Below, piece after piece: positions 30,972 to 41,919 of a DNA stretch of 64,000 nt. Within the stretch, counting starts at the first letter, position 1. Each line of letters opens with the position of its first letter. The notes below the pieces were generated by a model. The model was not told the DNA's origin, searched no databases, and saw nothing but the letters and a program-made list of their open reading frames with translations. The DNA is from Carpediemonas membranifera BICM (Eukaryota; Protista; Fornicata): contig JAHDYR010000062.1 of NCBI GenBank assembly GCA_019828565.1, positions 1,485,058 through 1,549,057 on the forward strand, given 5' to 3'. Made by a program: the position numbers and the translations under genes.

Positions 30972-31741
30972 TCAGCCATTGTTATGCGCACGCCATGATA
31001 AAAGCACTCGTGTGAGGTCGAGCAGGCTAACCGCGGGCCACGGTTTGTGGATGAAATGCAGGTCGGCATGGGCGCACTGCCACGCCAGGAAGTTGGACAG
31101 TCGCCGCTCCCCGGATGTACGCAGAAGGATCTCCGGAAATCCGGAGTGGGCAGTCCACAGCGCGGCGTTGAACTCGTCAACGGGGCAGGGGGAGTCGGGG
31201 GCAACAAGGGCGGCAGCGGCGTCCTGCTCGGCCTGGCTGGAGTAGAAGAACGCGATGTTCACTGTGTGATGGGAATTGATTGGACGAACATGTGAGGCCC
31301 TTATTGTCTGCGCTTAGACGACACACCTCTTCGATCCTAGCCCGGAGGTCTGCTGGCGCCAGCGAGAGATCACCGACACACCGCAGCCGGATGTCATACT
31401 CGTGTATGAGTCCGCTCTTGTGTATGGCCTCCATGAGCTTCTCTGTGGCGAGGTTCATGATCGTATGCACTTCCTGTTCGGGCCGCTTCAGGTTGTCGAT
31501 AGAGAATGCGAATGCCGTCACATTCTGAACAGAGAGAGCCTGGCAGTAATCAATAATACGGACTAACGCATCAAATCCATGTGAATGCCCTTCGTGACGA
31601 CGGAGGTGTTTCGATTCTGCCCAGCGACGGTTGCCATCCTTTGTCAGTAGACCAAAGAGCACAAACCATAATAATAGCAATATGTTTCGGTATTGCGCCT
31701 TTCGAAAGAGCTCTAACTACCACACGCTCGATTTTCCGCAT
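30972..31741 (-). CDS. cis-prenyltransferase (DHDDS/Rer2-like); introns 31639-31666 and 31262-31289
   Basis: IPKHIAIIM|DGNRRWA, GHSHGF, FAFSIDNLKRP, ILLRTSGERRLSNFLAWQ. Confidence 0.92.
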
Positions 31742-31956
31742 TTTGTCGCGGTTCTCGTTTCCTAAACTGCACTCTGATCTGCCAGCCCTCTACGGTCACT
31801 CCCTACCCCCACAATGCCGCTCCAGCCCGGCAATAGACCAGTGTGTCTCCCTTGATTGTCCGCCTCTCCCCTTGCAGTGTTCATCCAACACCAGAAGTCA
31901 TCATTAGAGGCCAGAGACACCACGGCGAACTTATCTAGTTTATTCAAATGTCTAAT

Positions 31957-32952
31957 CTATCCGGGGCCTACGCTACTAGTGAACCTCGGTTCCGACACCC
32001 CGACGTTGCTGACGCTACTGACTATGCTCACCGTCGTCTGGGGCGGGGAGGGGGCCAACGTGGCCGGGGGTAGGTGGGGGCCGACGCTCTTGGCCGAGAT
32101 ACGCCTGCTCTCGCGCTTCTTCTTGAACCGGAAGACGTAGTTCTGGATCTGCCGCAGCGACGGGCTCTCCTCGCCCATCGTCGACTGCAGGTCAGACGAG
32201 ATCGTGCTGGGTGTCTTGCCTTGCTCGACCAGGCTCTCTATGAACCGCTTAAGCTGCACCGTAATGCCCCTCTGGCGCCTGGCCGTCGGTGCGGCCAGCT
32301 CGGTGTGGTCTCCGCTCGTGCTGAAGAACACGCGCTTCGACACGGGGCAGTAGAGATACTTCGACTGGAGTGTGCACGTCACGGCGTCACAGCACGTCCT
32401 GGCGCACCGGTACCGCAGCACGAGCATCTTGTGCCGCCCGTGGGCCTGACACTGGGTGCACCACGCTCGGATCGACCCGCGGGAGATCCACGCGCCGTAC
32501 GAGCTGTCCCGGGTCTCCTTCACAGCGGCCTTGACAGCTGCCTCGCTGACCTTGCCCTCTGGTATCTGAAGGGATTCGGTGATGTCCGTGAACGCCCAGC
32601 CGTTGGACAGCACGCGGGCGTCCGGTTCGTCTGCTGCGGTATCCCCGAGCATTATAGAGGTGATACCGAGCATGCCGAGGTCCGAGTCGTAGTCCGAGGA
32701 CTGCTCCGCGAGTGATGAGTACGACGGGGACACAGAGTGGAACGGCTGCAGGGCCGTTGAAGAGAAAACATGGTCCATGCACTTCTCGTGGTCGCAGGAT
32801 GACGGTGCATTGTACATTGAGTCAAAAGAGGTGTTCTCAAAGTCGTGGTCCTCAGCTGAGGCATGGAGGTCAAACGCCGAACTGCATGAGAGTTGCGGGA
32901 TCTCAGCATTTTGAGGAACAGGGATCTCGCCCGAATGGTTCATTGCCGGCAA
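31957..32952 (-). CDS. Putative transcription factor with MULE-type Zn-finger/HTH DNA-binding module
   Basis: Acidic/Ser-rich N-term; C..H..RYRC...C..C...YLYC...GDH, then GIT..KRFIESL..G.TP..I...PSLRQIQNYV; paralog at 42138. Confidence 0.6.
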   Translation of the reverse strand: MPAMNHSGEIPVPQNAEIPQLSCSSAFDLHASAEDHDFENTSFDSMYNAPSSCDHEKCMDHVFSSTALQPFHSVSPSYSSLAEQSSDYDSDLGMLGITSIMLGDTAADEPDARVLSNGWAFTDITESLQIPEGKVSEAAVKAAVKETRDSSYGAWISRGSIRAWCTQCQAHGRHKMLVLRYRCARTCCDAVTCTLQSKYLYCPVSKRVFFSTSGDHTELAAPTARRQRGITVQLKRFIESLVEQGKTPSTISSDLQSTMGEESPSLRQIQNYVFRFKKKRESRRISAKSVGPHLPPATLAPSPPQTTVSIVSSVSNVGVSEPRFTSSVGPG

Positions 32953-33166
32953 TCAGGGATTGTGTTCCAGCTGGGACGAAAGATACGCTGTGTGGGGCAT
33001 TTGAGCAAATCATTTTTTTTAGCCAATCAAATGATTAGGAGACATCGGCCCCCCGGCCACCGTATTCAGTGCTATCATTTGCCATGGTGTGGTTTCGCAT
33101 GGTCGAAGCTGCCCCTGACTTCGTTATTGGAAATCAGTTCCTTGAGAAGTAAGCGATCAAAGCAAT

Positions 33167-34852
33167 TTAAACCTCTCCCACGACCTTAATCAGTTCCTCG
33201 CAGAAATCCGGGTCGCCCTCCACGGCCTCAGGCACGGCCCCCTCTTCTAGGAGCACGCCGACCCACCCGTCCGGGCCCTCCACGCAGACGCCGCGGGACG
33301 GGGTCTTGCTGGCACCGAAGGAACCAAAGCTGCCAAAGGAACGGAAGGCCGCGGATGAAGTGTCGTGGGGCGTGACCTTCGAATACATCCCCGCTGCTGT
33401 TGCCGGGAAGGAGAGGGTGACGATGATCGGATCTTTCCGGAGGAAGTAGAAGAGGAGCGTTTCACTGCCACACACGGCGACAGCAAAGTGCTGAGAGAAG
33501 AGGAAGGCCTGCAGAGGGTCCTTGGGGAATTCCAGGGGCGTCGCAGTGTGGCAAGACTCCGTGTACACGCGGCTCGGCAGCAGACCGGTTTGGGCGATCA
33601 GAGGGTCGACGTTGCCCGCCAGGAGCACGCTGGCGCCGCTCAGGTAGAAATTGGTGAACCCCGTGGAGATGACATGGTCGACCCTGAAGGGGAGCGGGGC
33701 CGGTCTAAGGCGGTAGGTGTCGTCGCCGAGCCCCAGCTGGCCACTGCTGTTGTCACCAGCGATCATCTGCCGGTCGTCCATGGAGAAGACGATTGTGCTG
33801 CCGACGGTCATGATATGATCTGGGACAAACCCCGTCGGCATGGGCACCGTGTGGAAGGAGCGCTGTTCGTCGTGCGGGATGTCAATGCCGACGAGGGTGT
33901 CGACCCGCGTGCCGGCCGCCACGACGCCGACCGGGGTCATGATGACGCAGCAATCGCAGCTTACGATCGATGCATCGACCGCGAGCTTGTGCTTCTGCCA
34001 GCGGGGCAGGCCCTTCTCGAACTCGGCGACCTTGGGGCAGTGGTCGAGGGAGGCCCGGACAGGCGCCGTCATGCCCCGCTCGCACAGCCTGTCGAACTGG
34101 ATGGCCTTGCCGACCTCGGTGTAGTCGATGCCGTAGATACCCCCCACGGTCACGAGCAGCAGGGCGGCTGTGCCAAGACCGTGCAGTTTAACGACGGGAG
34201 GTACGCGCAGCCTGCTGTAGCGGGCAGGGACTCGGAAGGAGGCGATGGTGAAGACGCGGCCGTGGTAGCATACACCTGCGAAGAGGGAGGACTTGAAGAG
34301 CTGCTTGAAGACGGTGGACGAGGCCACGCCGTCCTTCTCGACGACCTGGTGGCAGAACCGGAACTTCTTGCACAGGAACCAGAGGCACTTGTCGGCATCC
34401 TTGTACTGGACTCGGACGCTGGCGGCCTCGGATTCGCTCCTCTCGAGGTCTGGGTCGGCCCCAGCTTCCATGAGGATGGCCCACACCGTGCCCTGGAGGA
34501 GGGTGTGCAGCGCGACCGGGAGCTCATCGCCAGCATCGAGCTGGAAGTTCATACTGACAGGTGCGGCGCCGCGGAGAGCCCTGGAAGCACAGTCGAGATG
34601 AGTTTGCGCTGATGGGGAGAGCGGCGGGATTCTGGCGATAAGATCAGCAAGCTCAGAGCAAGAGCTTGCAACTGACTGTTCACCGGGTTCAGAACGCTGA
34701 ACAGAGGGCATTATGCTTTCAAAGTGGCGTGAATAGGCGTGGCGGATCAGAGAGGGCACGTCTCCTGTCACGTCCGCAGCAACGGTGAGTGAACATGTGT
34801 ATGCGGACATAAGACCTTCTTTGATGTCGATTTTGCCGTCTGTTGGCATCAT
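33167..34852 (-). CDS. RCC1-like protein, paralog of 27520-29277
   Basis: AGDNSSGQLGLG; shared VWAILMEAGADPD / IWAIFLTAGFDPE and WFL.K motifs. Confidence 0.7.
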   Translation of the reverse strand: MMPTDGKIDIKEGLMSAYTCSLTVAADVTGDVPSLIRHAYSRHFESIMPSVQRSEPGEQSVASSCSELADLIARIPPLSPSAQTHLDCASRALRGAAPVSMNFQLDAGDELPVALHTLLQGTVWAILMEAGADPDLERSESEAASVRVQYKDADKCLWFLCKKFRFCHQVVEKDGVASSTVFKQLFKSSLFAGVCYHGRVFTIASFRVPARYSRLRVPPVVKLHGLGTAALLLVTVGGIYGIDYTEVGKAIQFDRLCERGMTAPVRASLDHCPKVAEFEKGLPRWQKHKLAVDASIVSCDCCVIMTPVGVVAAGTRVDTLVGIDIPHDEQRSFHTVPMPTGFVPDHIMTVGSTIVFSMDDRQMIAGDNSSGQLGLGDDTYRLRPAPLPFRVDHVISTGFTNFYLSGASVLLAGNVDPLIAQTGLLPSRVYTESCHTATPLEFPKDPLQAFLFSQHFAVAVCGSETLLFYFLRKDPIIVTLSFPATAAGMYSKVTPHDTSSAAFRSFGSFGSFGASKTPSRGVCVEGPDGWVGVLLEEGAVPEAVEGDPDFCEELIKVVGEV

Positions 34853-35140
34853 GATGCTGCTTTCGGTATTTGGGTCGTTCTCGACCCTGCTGCACCGAGC
34901 CCGACAATCGTAGTAGGACGACCATTACAGCGCGTATGCACGTTGATACTGCCGTTAGCTTCGTCATCGCGCAGTTCCATCCGGGAACTCCCGCTCGCCA
35001 TGCTCCTGACTACCAGTCTGGCCGACGATGCCGCTGTCCCTGGCTGCTAAGGAGACACCACGCCGGCCGAGGCAGAGAGCGGCAACTCTGCCACCATTCA
35101 CGACTTGACTGCCTGGTGAGTCATGACACAATGACATGCA

Positions 35141-37051
35141 ATGAAAGCGCTGCTAGTGATACTGCTCTGTATATGCTCAGTTTCACACCAACTGGCCGCA
35201 TCCTATGCATATATTAACGATTCATACATCGATAGCGTTAATTTCGCCGACATGATGGCGATGTATGGCATTTCCCACCCGCCAATGGCAAAGAAGGAGC
35301 TTGCATGGATCAACAAGTACCTTACCATCGCTGAAAACGACCTGGCGCAATGTTCGCCCCGAGTACTCGCTGTGTTCGACCATACGACGCTCGTCCTCTC
35401 CAAAGGGCCAGGTGCGGACGAGCTCTGCCCCGCCAAGTGCATCAAATATAGCCTCAAGCCAATGCCACTGGCTGGAGACCTCTTCTTCGACGTCCAGCGG
35501 TGGTGGCATGTCCTCGGGGAAGACCCCGTTGACCTCGTCGCCAAGCACGGCAACGACATCTACCACGACCCCCAGCGGTGGCCAGGCCATTACTACGTCA
35601 ACGTCCGGTGCACCTGCCACCACGGCACGGGGCTCCGGGACAGGGTCAAGCCGCACGCCACTTGGGCGGCCCAGAAGATGTGGCCTGTGCTCCTCCGGTG
35701 GCTTGACGACAAGATCGACACGATCCCAAAGAAGTACTCGAGATACAATAACGTGCTCAACGAGGAAATATTCCAGGGATACCGCGAGACCAACCCGCCC
35801 CAGCCCGCGACACAGACTGAAATGCCGGAGTCTATGGGCGGTCTCCGACATGTGGTTGTCATGCTCTCTGACGCCGTCTCTCGGCCCATGCTTAATCGAT
35901 TCGCCCCAGCCTACGTCGCCCGGCTGGCGGAGGAGAGTGCCAAGCCTGCCTGGACGCGATCATTCGTGCCGTACCGCATGGGCAACTTCCATGTTGTGTC
36001 GCTGAACACTGTGGTCAACGAGATACCGCTGTGGGGCGGTCTATACAGCACTTACGACGATATATGGAAGCCAGCGCCCTACCCTGAGTGGATTTTCCCG
36101 AATCCCAAGTTCCATCCGGAGAAAATGATGTGGGACTATTTTAGGGAGGCTGGATTTAAGACGGGATTTATGAACGAGGACTGCTTCGACATCGCGAGTC
36201 ACAAGTACGGCTACGGCGTCGACAACCACCGACACTTCGACTTCGCGTTCACAGGCACCACCTGCTACGGCGACAAGGTGCTCTACGTCAACCCGCGGCC
36301 TAGGGTCTGCACCGGCACGGTACCTCTGGCGCAGGACATATTCAGGGCCTCCAAGGAGGTGTTCGAGGCCCGGGGCGACCTGGACCGCATCGCCATGTGG
36401 AACGTCTTCATCGTCGCCCACAGCAAGCATATTGACGCCGTGCGACTCATCGAGGACACGTGGGTCGACGCGGTCGAGTACTACATGGCCCAGAGGAACG
36501 ACACGATGCTCGTACTCCTGTCCGACCACGGCCTCCACTACGGCAAGGGCTACGAGAACCATGAGACCTCCTTCCTCGAGCACAAGGTGCCCTACCTCGA
36601 CATACTCGTGCCGCAGTGGTGGGCTGAAAAATGGCCTGCCGCGGTGACGGCGTTGGATCAGAACCGGCACAGTCTGGTCGGGCCGTTCGACGTACACGCG
36701 ACACTACGGCATCTGATTGAGTTCCCCAGGCCCTTTGACGAGGTCAAGGACGGCATCCTCGCCACGATGAATGTCCCCGACAGCGTCGACCCCAGGAGCT
36801 TGCTGGAGCCCGTCGCTGACACCCCTTTCACCCGGTCCTGCGCGGAGGTCGGGGTGCTGCCCGGCTACTGCATCTTTAACGAGGGTCTGTTCACCCAGTA
36901 CGGCGGCCAGGAGCGCGGCGACGACCCCGAGACTCGAGAGACTCGGTCGACTGCCATGAAGTTCGCGGCGTGGGGGGTTTCCGCGACCATGCTGCTAGTG
37001 GCCGTCAGCCTCATATGGGTGTGCGTGGCGTTGAAGAGCTTCCATCTGTAG
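35141..37051 (+). CDS. DUF229-like alkaline phosphatase/sulfatase-superfamily membrane-anchored protein
   Basis: Signal peptide, SDAVSR, NT..N, LLSDHG, EHKVP, PFDVHATL, RSCAEVGV..YC, C-terminal TM. Confidence 0.8.
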   Translation: MKALLVILLCICSVSHQLAASYAYINDSYIDSVNFADMMAMYGISHPPMAKKELAWINKYLTIAENDLAQCSPRVLAVFDHTTLVLSKGPGADELCPAKCIKYSLKPMPLAGDLFFDVQRWWHVLGEDPVDLVAKHGNDIYHDPQRWPGHYYVNVRCTCHHGTGLRDRVKPHATWAAQKMWPVLLRWLDDKIDTIPKKYSRYNNVLNEEIFQGYRETNPPQPATQTEMPESMGGLRHVVVMLSDAVSRPMLNRFAPAYVARLAEESAKPAWTRSFVPYRMGNFHVVSLNTVVNEIPLWGGLYSTYDDIWKPAPYPEWIFPNPKFHPEKMMWDYFREAGFKTGFMNEDCFDIASHKYGYGVDNHRHFDFAFTGTTCYGDKVLYVNPRPRVCTGTVPLAQDIFRASKEVFEARGDLDRIAMWNVFIVAHSKHIDAVRLIEDTWVDAVEYYMAQRNDTMLVLLSDHGLHYGKGYENHETSFLEHKVPYLDILVPQWWAEKWPAAVTALDQNRHSLVGPFDVHATLRHLIEFPRPFDEVKDGILATMNVPDSVDPRSLLEPVADTPFTRSCAEVGVLPGYCIFNEGLFTQYGGQERGDDPETRETRSTAMKFAAWGVSATMLLVAVSLIWVCVALKSFHL

Positions 37052-37278
37052 ATAATTCGAGCTCACTCGACTAATGACCTAAATCTGCACCATGATGCAT
37101 AAGATTGTGACAAAGGGGCGCTTCCTCGAGACAGCCTCAGCATCACCACACTGCAGGCGTTTATAGGAGGCTCATTGAACTCGGATGCCCCTGGTTTTGG
37201 CGATCGCTGCGAGGTGCGCCTGCCATCACATCTTCCACTGATGCCCGAAAATTCTCCCAGAAACCATATTTCCGCTTA

Positions 37279-40200
37279 ATGGAGTGCGAAGAGTACATCC
37301 AGAAGCAACTATCCAAGACTGGCTTCGCCAGATATTCCCAAAACCTCTTTGTCCGCCAACAAAAGAATGCCTGGATCGAACAGGCCCGCGCTTTCATCGA
37401 GGACGGACAACGCAGGAAGTTCATCCCCATTCACGGGCTATACAGCCATTGCCGTGAGCTTATGGCGCATATCCTCTCCCTCGTGACGCCTTCGAACGGC
37501 AGCACTCTCTGCAACGTTGTCGACCTCGTCACCGTCATCCACTCCCGCTTCCTGCCCTCGGGCGAGATCCTCATGCAGCCGATGGTATCTGTCAGCGTCA
37601 TTGGCGGCTATGCGGCTGTCAAGCCCGTCCTCTCGCTTCATGCCCCAGACGACGCCGATGGGTCCATCTCCGGCGTCCTCGTCCTCGGCGCCATGCTCGG
37701 CCACACCGAGGTTGGTGAGGCGATGGCTGCGATGGCTTCTGCGCCGCAGTGGCTCATCGAGGGTGCTCGCGCCGCCTTGCCACTTCTCGACGTCGCCGAG
37801 GCCGACATCGCCGCCACCCTCGCCGTCAAGGCCGACCCCGCCGTCGAGCGCGCCATTCACCAGGCTCTCTGCGATGAGCTGTGCGCGGCCATCCCCCCGC
37901 TGCCCTGCGACCACGAGGTCGACCTCGACGCACTCATGTGGCCGAGGGAGCTGCTGCCGTCGACCGAGATCCCCTTCCACGTCTTCCTCACGGTCATGCG
38001 GGACCGGGCTCTGCTGGACGCCCACGTGCCGTTCTGCCATACCTACGCCGATCAGGAGATGCTCGACAGGCTCGAGCTGGCCGCTGATGACTACCTCGAT
38101 CTCGCCCCGGCCGCCGCGGAGCTCGTGCAGGCCCGGCTCATTGCGGCTGACATGGCCAAGTTCAGCGCCTTCCTAGCAAATGTCGACGCCGCCATCAACG
38201 GGATCGAGCTTGACGACGGCACGATACAGTGGCTCGACGCCAAGCTGACCACCGCTGAGGGCACGAGCTCGCTCACACTGGGTGGTGTCAAGGTCGCCTT
38301 CCCCCAGCGGGTCAACTTCAACGACCTTGGCGACATCATTGTCGGGCTGCCGGCGATGATCATCCCCGAGACGTGTCTGATGCAGCGCTTGCTGGCACTG
38401 CAGAACCCCATCAGGCCCCTTGACGACGGTCTTAACGGCTTCGGCTTCTTCCTGACAGGATATCGAGGACGCGCGACCCGACCGCTGCTGGTCTGGTCGA
38501 TGGGCGGTCCGCCGGAGCTGAGAAAGACGCTGGCCCTTGCTCAGGAGGTGTATCCCGTCAGAATGGACCTGGACGCCGTTATCCGCCTTGTTGCCACCGA
38601 GGAGTCTGCCGCCAAGCTGGCCGACATTACCCCCGACGACAAGTTCAAGCAGTTCCTGGCGGCCATGACGGATGAGGGCATCAAGCTGGGGCTGTCGAAC
38701 ATGGTTGTCATCGAATCCGCCTCGGCGACCGTCATTGCGATGACACACGATGTCTTCGCCGATATCCAGACCGTCAACGGCCTTGACTTCCAGGTGACTG
38801 TTGCACCAGATGCCACACCTCTGTCGACCGCCCCACAGGACAGGAATGAGAATGCATATGTGACGCCCTACAGCGAACACGCCGGGATGCCGAGCCAGAG
38901 CCAGCTGGCAGTGATGGAGACGGTTCTCATCCACTCGAAGGACACCTGGGCCAGCCAGGACTCCCTAAAGTGCGGCATTGGCATCGATGACACCGACAGA
39001 CAGAGCATCCTCAGCGAGGCTACGGGACCAGAGACGGCGACGGACTCGACGAAGCAGACGCCGAGAGTTATGACTGCGGAGAGGGACATCGCGACCCCGC
39101 CGGAGCGGATTATCACGAACGAGGACCGTCTCGCGATGCAGGAGCATGTCGGCTGGGGCCGCTGCTTCGAGCTGCTACAGGGCTCTTCCCGTCTGCTCGA
39201 GTCACTCGGCTCCCGCCTAGACAAGTTCGAGTCGAATCAGCAGGCCGTGCTGGAGGAGGTGCGTGGCATTGGGTCGACGGGGCAGGTCAGCCAGGCAACG
39301 AACGCCGACATGGATGAGGTCGTGGCGATGATGCGGGCCTCACTGGACATGAGGCAGTCGTCCTCTCTGCTACCGATGCCGACGATGCTGGCAGACATCA
39401 CCGATACCTCCTCGGATACCCTAGTGGAGCACGCCATCGTCAAGCTCCGCACGGCAACAGACCGCGGGGATGTGGAGGAGGCAACGCTCCTGGCCGAGAA
39501 GCTGGCGGCCACGCTGCTGACCACAGATGGATTGTCCGCGGCCATGCATGCCCTCAGGACAGCTGTCCGGAACGAGAAGCAGGCGACGCCCTCTGCTGAT
39601 GAGCTCCGAGGCATGATCCTCGAGATATTTGTCTGGGGCGCCGAGCTTGTCATCCGGAACGGCGAGGGTGACCGGCACACTGCCCTGCTGGTCGGTTCGG
39701 TGACCCAGCTGCTCAAGGCCCACAGCTTTACCCCACAGGCCATCGGCAGGGCGCTGCTCAACACCGAGAACCCCGCGCTGGTGACCATTCTCGAGCACTG
39801 CGCCAGCGCCGTCATCTCCACGACACGCTTGCTGACCCACCCCACCATCTTCAACTGCACGACCAGCCTCCTCTCCTCCAACACCAACACCTTCCAGTCA
39901 GTGCTCTCGAAGGCCCTCACTGGAATCCTCGGCGACGGCCTGCTCCTCAATGAGCTGTCTGGCTCGAACAAGACCCTGCCCTCTGGACTCGGGCCAGCCG
40001 TCGAGTTCCTATTCCGCGCCGGCTTCTTCAACATGTGGGACGGCCAGATGCTCTACTGCCTCCCCAGCGGAAAGAGCCAGCGCGGTCTGGTTGCCCTGGC
40101 GGTCGACATGTCTTCGTCCGCCAAGATCATGCCCGGTCTGGTCCGTGTCCTTGATTGCATCATTGCCAGGCTGCTGACGGCGGGCATCTCGACAGAACCG

Positions 40201-40776
40201 GCATGGACGACCACGATGTGCACCACTGTCCGCCTGCTGCTCGAGGCTGCCCACAGTGACCTGCTTTGCGCCGTCCCGAAGGCGCAGATTCGGGCCATGA
40301 GAACGTTGGCCCAGGAAGCGACGCTGATGCTGCTGGCGACGTACTTCCTGGCGCTGGGATCCGAGAGTGACACCGCTCACCTGCAGGAGACCCTCAGGGT
40401 GGCCTTCCTTGCCCTGCCCGAGTTCGCCGTCATCACACAGCTCCCTTTGTTCGACAAGGCGGCGGTCCAGACGATGAGGGACGCCGCAGCCGACAAGCCC
40501 CGGTTCGGGCAAGCCGTGCACCAGATTGTCGGTGGGGTGTACTCCCGTATTTCGAAGAAGAGCACGTTGAAGACGAAGATCCAGCAGACCATCGCGGCGT
40601 CCCCCCTTGTACGCAGGGAAGCGTCCATCATCAACATCGACGTCATCGTCGGCGAGGCCTTGAAGAAGGGCCGGCCGGTCGAGGTCGACTCGCAGAAGCT
40701 GCAGGCTATCGGAGCTGTCATTCTAGAGCAGACAGAGGAGCTCCGGGCAGCGTCGGCAAACACTGTCAGAGTATAA
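37279..40776 (+). CDS. Hypothetical protein, 1165 aa, helical C-terminal half
   Basis: Long ORF with GC3-rich codon usage like neighbouring genes; no recognised motif. Confidence 0.7.
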   Translation: MECEEYIQKQLSKTGFARYSQNLFVRQQKNAWIEQARAFIEDGQRRKFIPIHGLYSHCRELMAHILSLVTPSNGSTLCNVVDLVTVIHSRFLPSGEILMQPMVSVSVIGGYAAVKPVLSLHAPDDADGSISGVLVLGAMLGHTEVGEAMAAMASAPQWLIEGARAALPLLDVAEADIAATLAVKADPAVERAIHQALCDELCAAIPPLPCDHEVDLDALMWPRELLPSTEIPFHVFLTVMRDRALLDAHVPFCHTYADQEMLDRLELAADDYLDLAPAAAELVQARLIAADMAKFSAFLANVDAAINGIELDDGTIQWLDAKLTTAEGTSSLTLGGVKVAFPQRVNFNDLGDIIVGLPAMIIPETCLMQRLLALQNPIRPLDDGLNGFGFFLTGYRGRATRPLLVWSMGGPPELRKTLALAQEVYPVRMDLDAVIRLVATEESAAKLADITPDDKFKQFLAAMTDEGIKLGLSNMVVIESASATVIAMTHDVFADIQTVNGLDFQVTVAPDATPLSTAPQDRNENAYVTPYSEHAGMPSQSQLAVMETVLIHSKDTWASQDSLKCGIGIDDTDRQSILSEATGPETATDSTKQTPRVMTAERDIATPPERIITNEDRLAMQEHVGWGRCFELLQGSSRLLESLGSRLDKFESNQQAVLEEVRGIGSTGQVSQATNADMDEVVAMMRASLDMRQSSSLLPMPTMLADITDTSSDTLVEHAIVKLRTATDRGDVEEATLLAEKLAATLLTTDGLSAAMHALRTAVRNEKQATPSADELRGMILEIFVWGAELVIRNGEGDRHTALLVGSVTQLLKAHSFTPQAIGRALLNTENPALVTILEHCASAVISTTRLLTHPTIFNCTTSLLSSNTNTFQSVLSKALTGILGDGLLLNELSGSNKTLPSGLGPAVEFLFRAGFFNMWDGQMLYCLPSGKSQRGLVALAVDMSSSAKIMPGLVRVLDCIIARLLTAGISTEPAWTTTMCTTVRLLLEAAHSDLLCAVPKAQIRAMRTLAQEATLMLLATYFLALGSESDTAHLQETLRVAFLALPEFAVITQLPLFDKAAVQTMRDAAADKPRFGQAVHQIVGGVYSRISKKSTLKTKIQQTIAASPLVRREASIINIDVIVGEALKKGRPVEVDSQKLQAIGAVILEQTEELRAASANTVRV

Positions 40777-40785
40777 ATTTATTCG

Positions 40786-41919
40786 TCAGATGCAGTATGT
40801 CTGGATGGGGGGGAATCCGTTGAACGCGACGCTCGCATAGCTGGCGGTGTACGCCCCGGTGGAGTGGAATTGAACCAGGTCGCCCGCCCTGAGGCCGACA
40901 GGCAGGCTGTACTCCTTCTTCTCGTAGATCACGTCGACGCTGTCGCACGTCGGGCCCGCGAGGATGACGGGCTCGGTCTCCTCTCCGTCGCGGGAGGTCG
41001 TGATGTTGTACGCGATGGCCTCGTCCAGGGTCTCGGCGAGACCGTTGAATCTGCCGGCGTCGAGGTACACCCAGCGCTTGCAGTCATCGTTGGACTTGCG
41101 GGCGACAAGAACGACCTCGGCCTGGAGGACGCCGGCATCCGCAACGATGGCCCTGCCCGGCTCGATCATCAGCAGCAGGGCGTTGCGTGCGCCGAAGTGG
41201 CCCACGATAGCCCTATTAATCGCGTCGGTGTACTCGGAGACGGCCGGCACCGCGTCCGCATAGCCCTGGGCGGGTAGACCCCCACCGAGGTTGACCGCCT
41301 GGAGATCGATGCTGTGCTCCTGCAGCGTGGCCAGCAGAGACTTCACTCGGCTGAGGGCAGCGTCCCATTGCCCGACACACGTCTGCTGCGACCCCACGTG
41401 GAAGCTAGCGCCGTACGGGACGAGGCCCACGTGCCGGGCCAGCCGCATAAGGTCCTCCGCCATTGTCTGGCTGCAGCCGAACTTAGCATGCAGGGGGCAC
41501 AGCGCACCGTCATTCCGGACGGCCAGGCGACAGAAGACGAGGGACCCCGGGGCTGCCCGGGAGATCTTGAGCAGCTCCTCCTCGGAGTCAAAGGCAAAGA
41601 GTCTGATGCCGCGGGAGTATGCGTAGGAGATGTCGCGCTCCTTCTTGATGGTGCTGCCGTAGCTTAGGCGGGCTGGTGTGGCACCGAGCTCGAGACAGAG
41701 GTTGATCTCGGGGACGGAGGCAACATCAAAAGACGAACCGGCCTCAACAAGCGTTCGAATGACTTCTGGCGCCGGGTTTGCCTTCACCGCGTAGAATACG
41801 CTCATCCGGGGAAGCAATCGCTGCAGCTCGTCGTAATTGCGCCTCACCTGGTCCAGATCAATGATAAGGCATGGCGTGTGGACGTTGTTCTCGTTAAGGA
41901 ACGCTTGAATACGCTGCAT
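40786..41919 (-). CDS. ODC: Ornithine decarboxylase (fold-type III PLP), bacterial-type
   Basis: FYAVKANP (PLP Lys), KFG, SFHVGSQ, NLGGG, IEPGR, AGPTCDS, GAYT..Y..VAFNGF. Confidence 0.93.
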   Translation of the reverse strand: MQRIQAFLNENNVHTPCLIIDLDQVRRNYDELQRLLPRMSVFYAVKANPAPEVIRTLVEAGSSFDVASVPEINLCLELGATPARLSYGSTIKKERDISYAYSRGIRLFAFDSEEELLKISRAAPGSLVFCRLAVRNDGALCPLHAKFGCSQTMAEDLMRLARHVGLVPYGASFHVGSQQTCVGQWDAALSRVKSLLATLQEHSIDLQAVNLGGGLPAQGYADAVPAVSEYTDAINRAIVGHFGARNALLLMIEPGRAIVADAGVLQAEVVLVARKSNDDCKRWVYLDAGRFNGLAETLDEAIAYNITTSRDGEETEPVILAGPTCDSVDVIYEKKEYSLPVGLRAGDLVQFHSTGAYTASYASVAFNGFPPIQTYCI

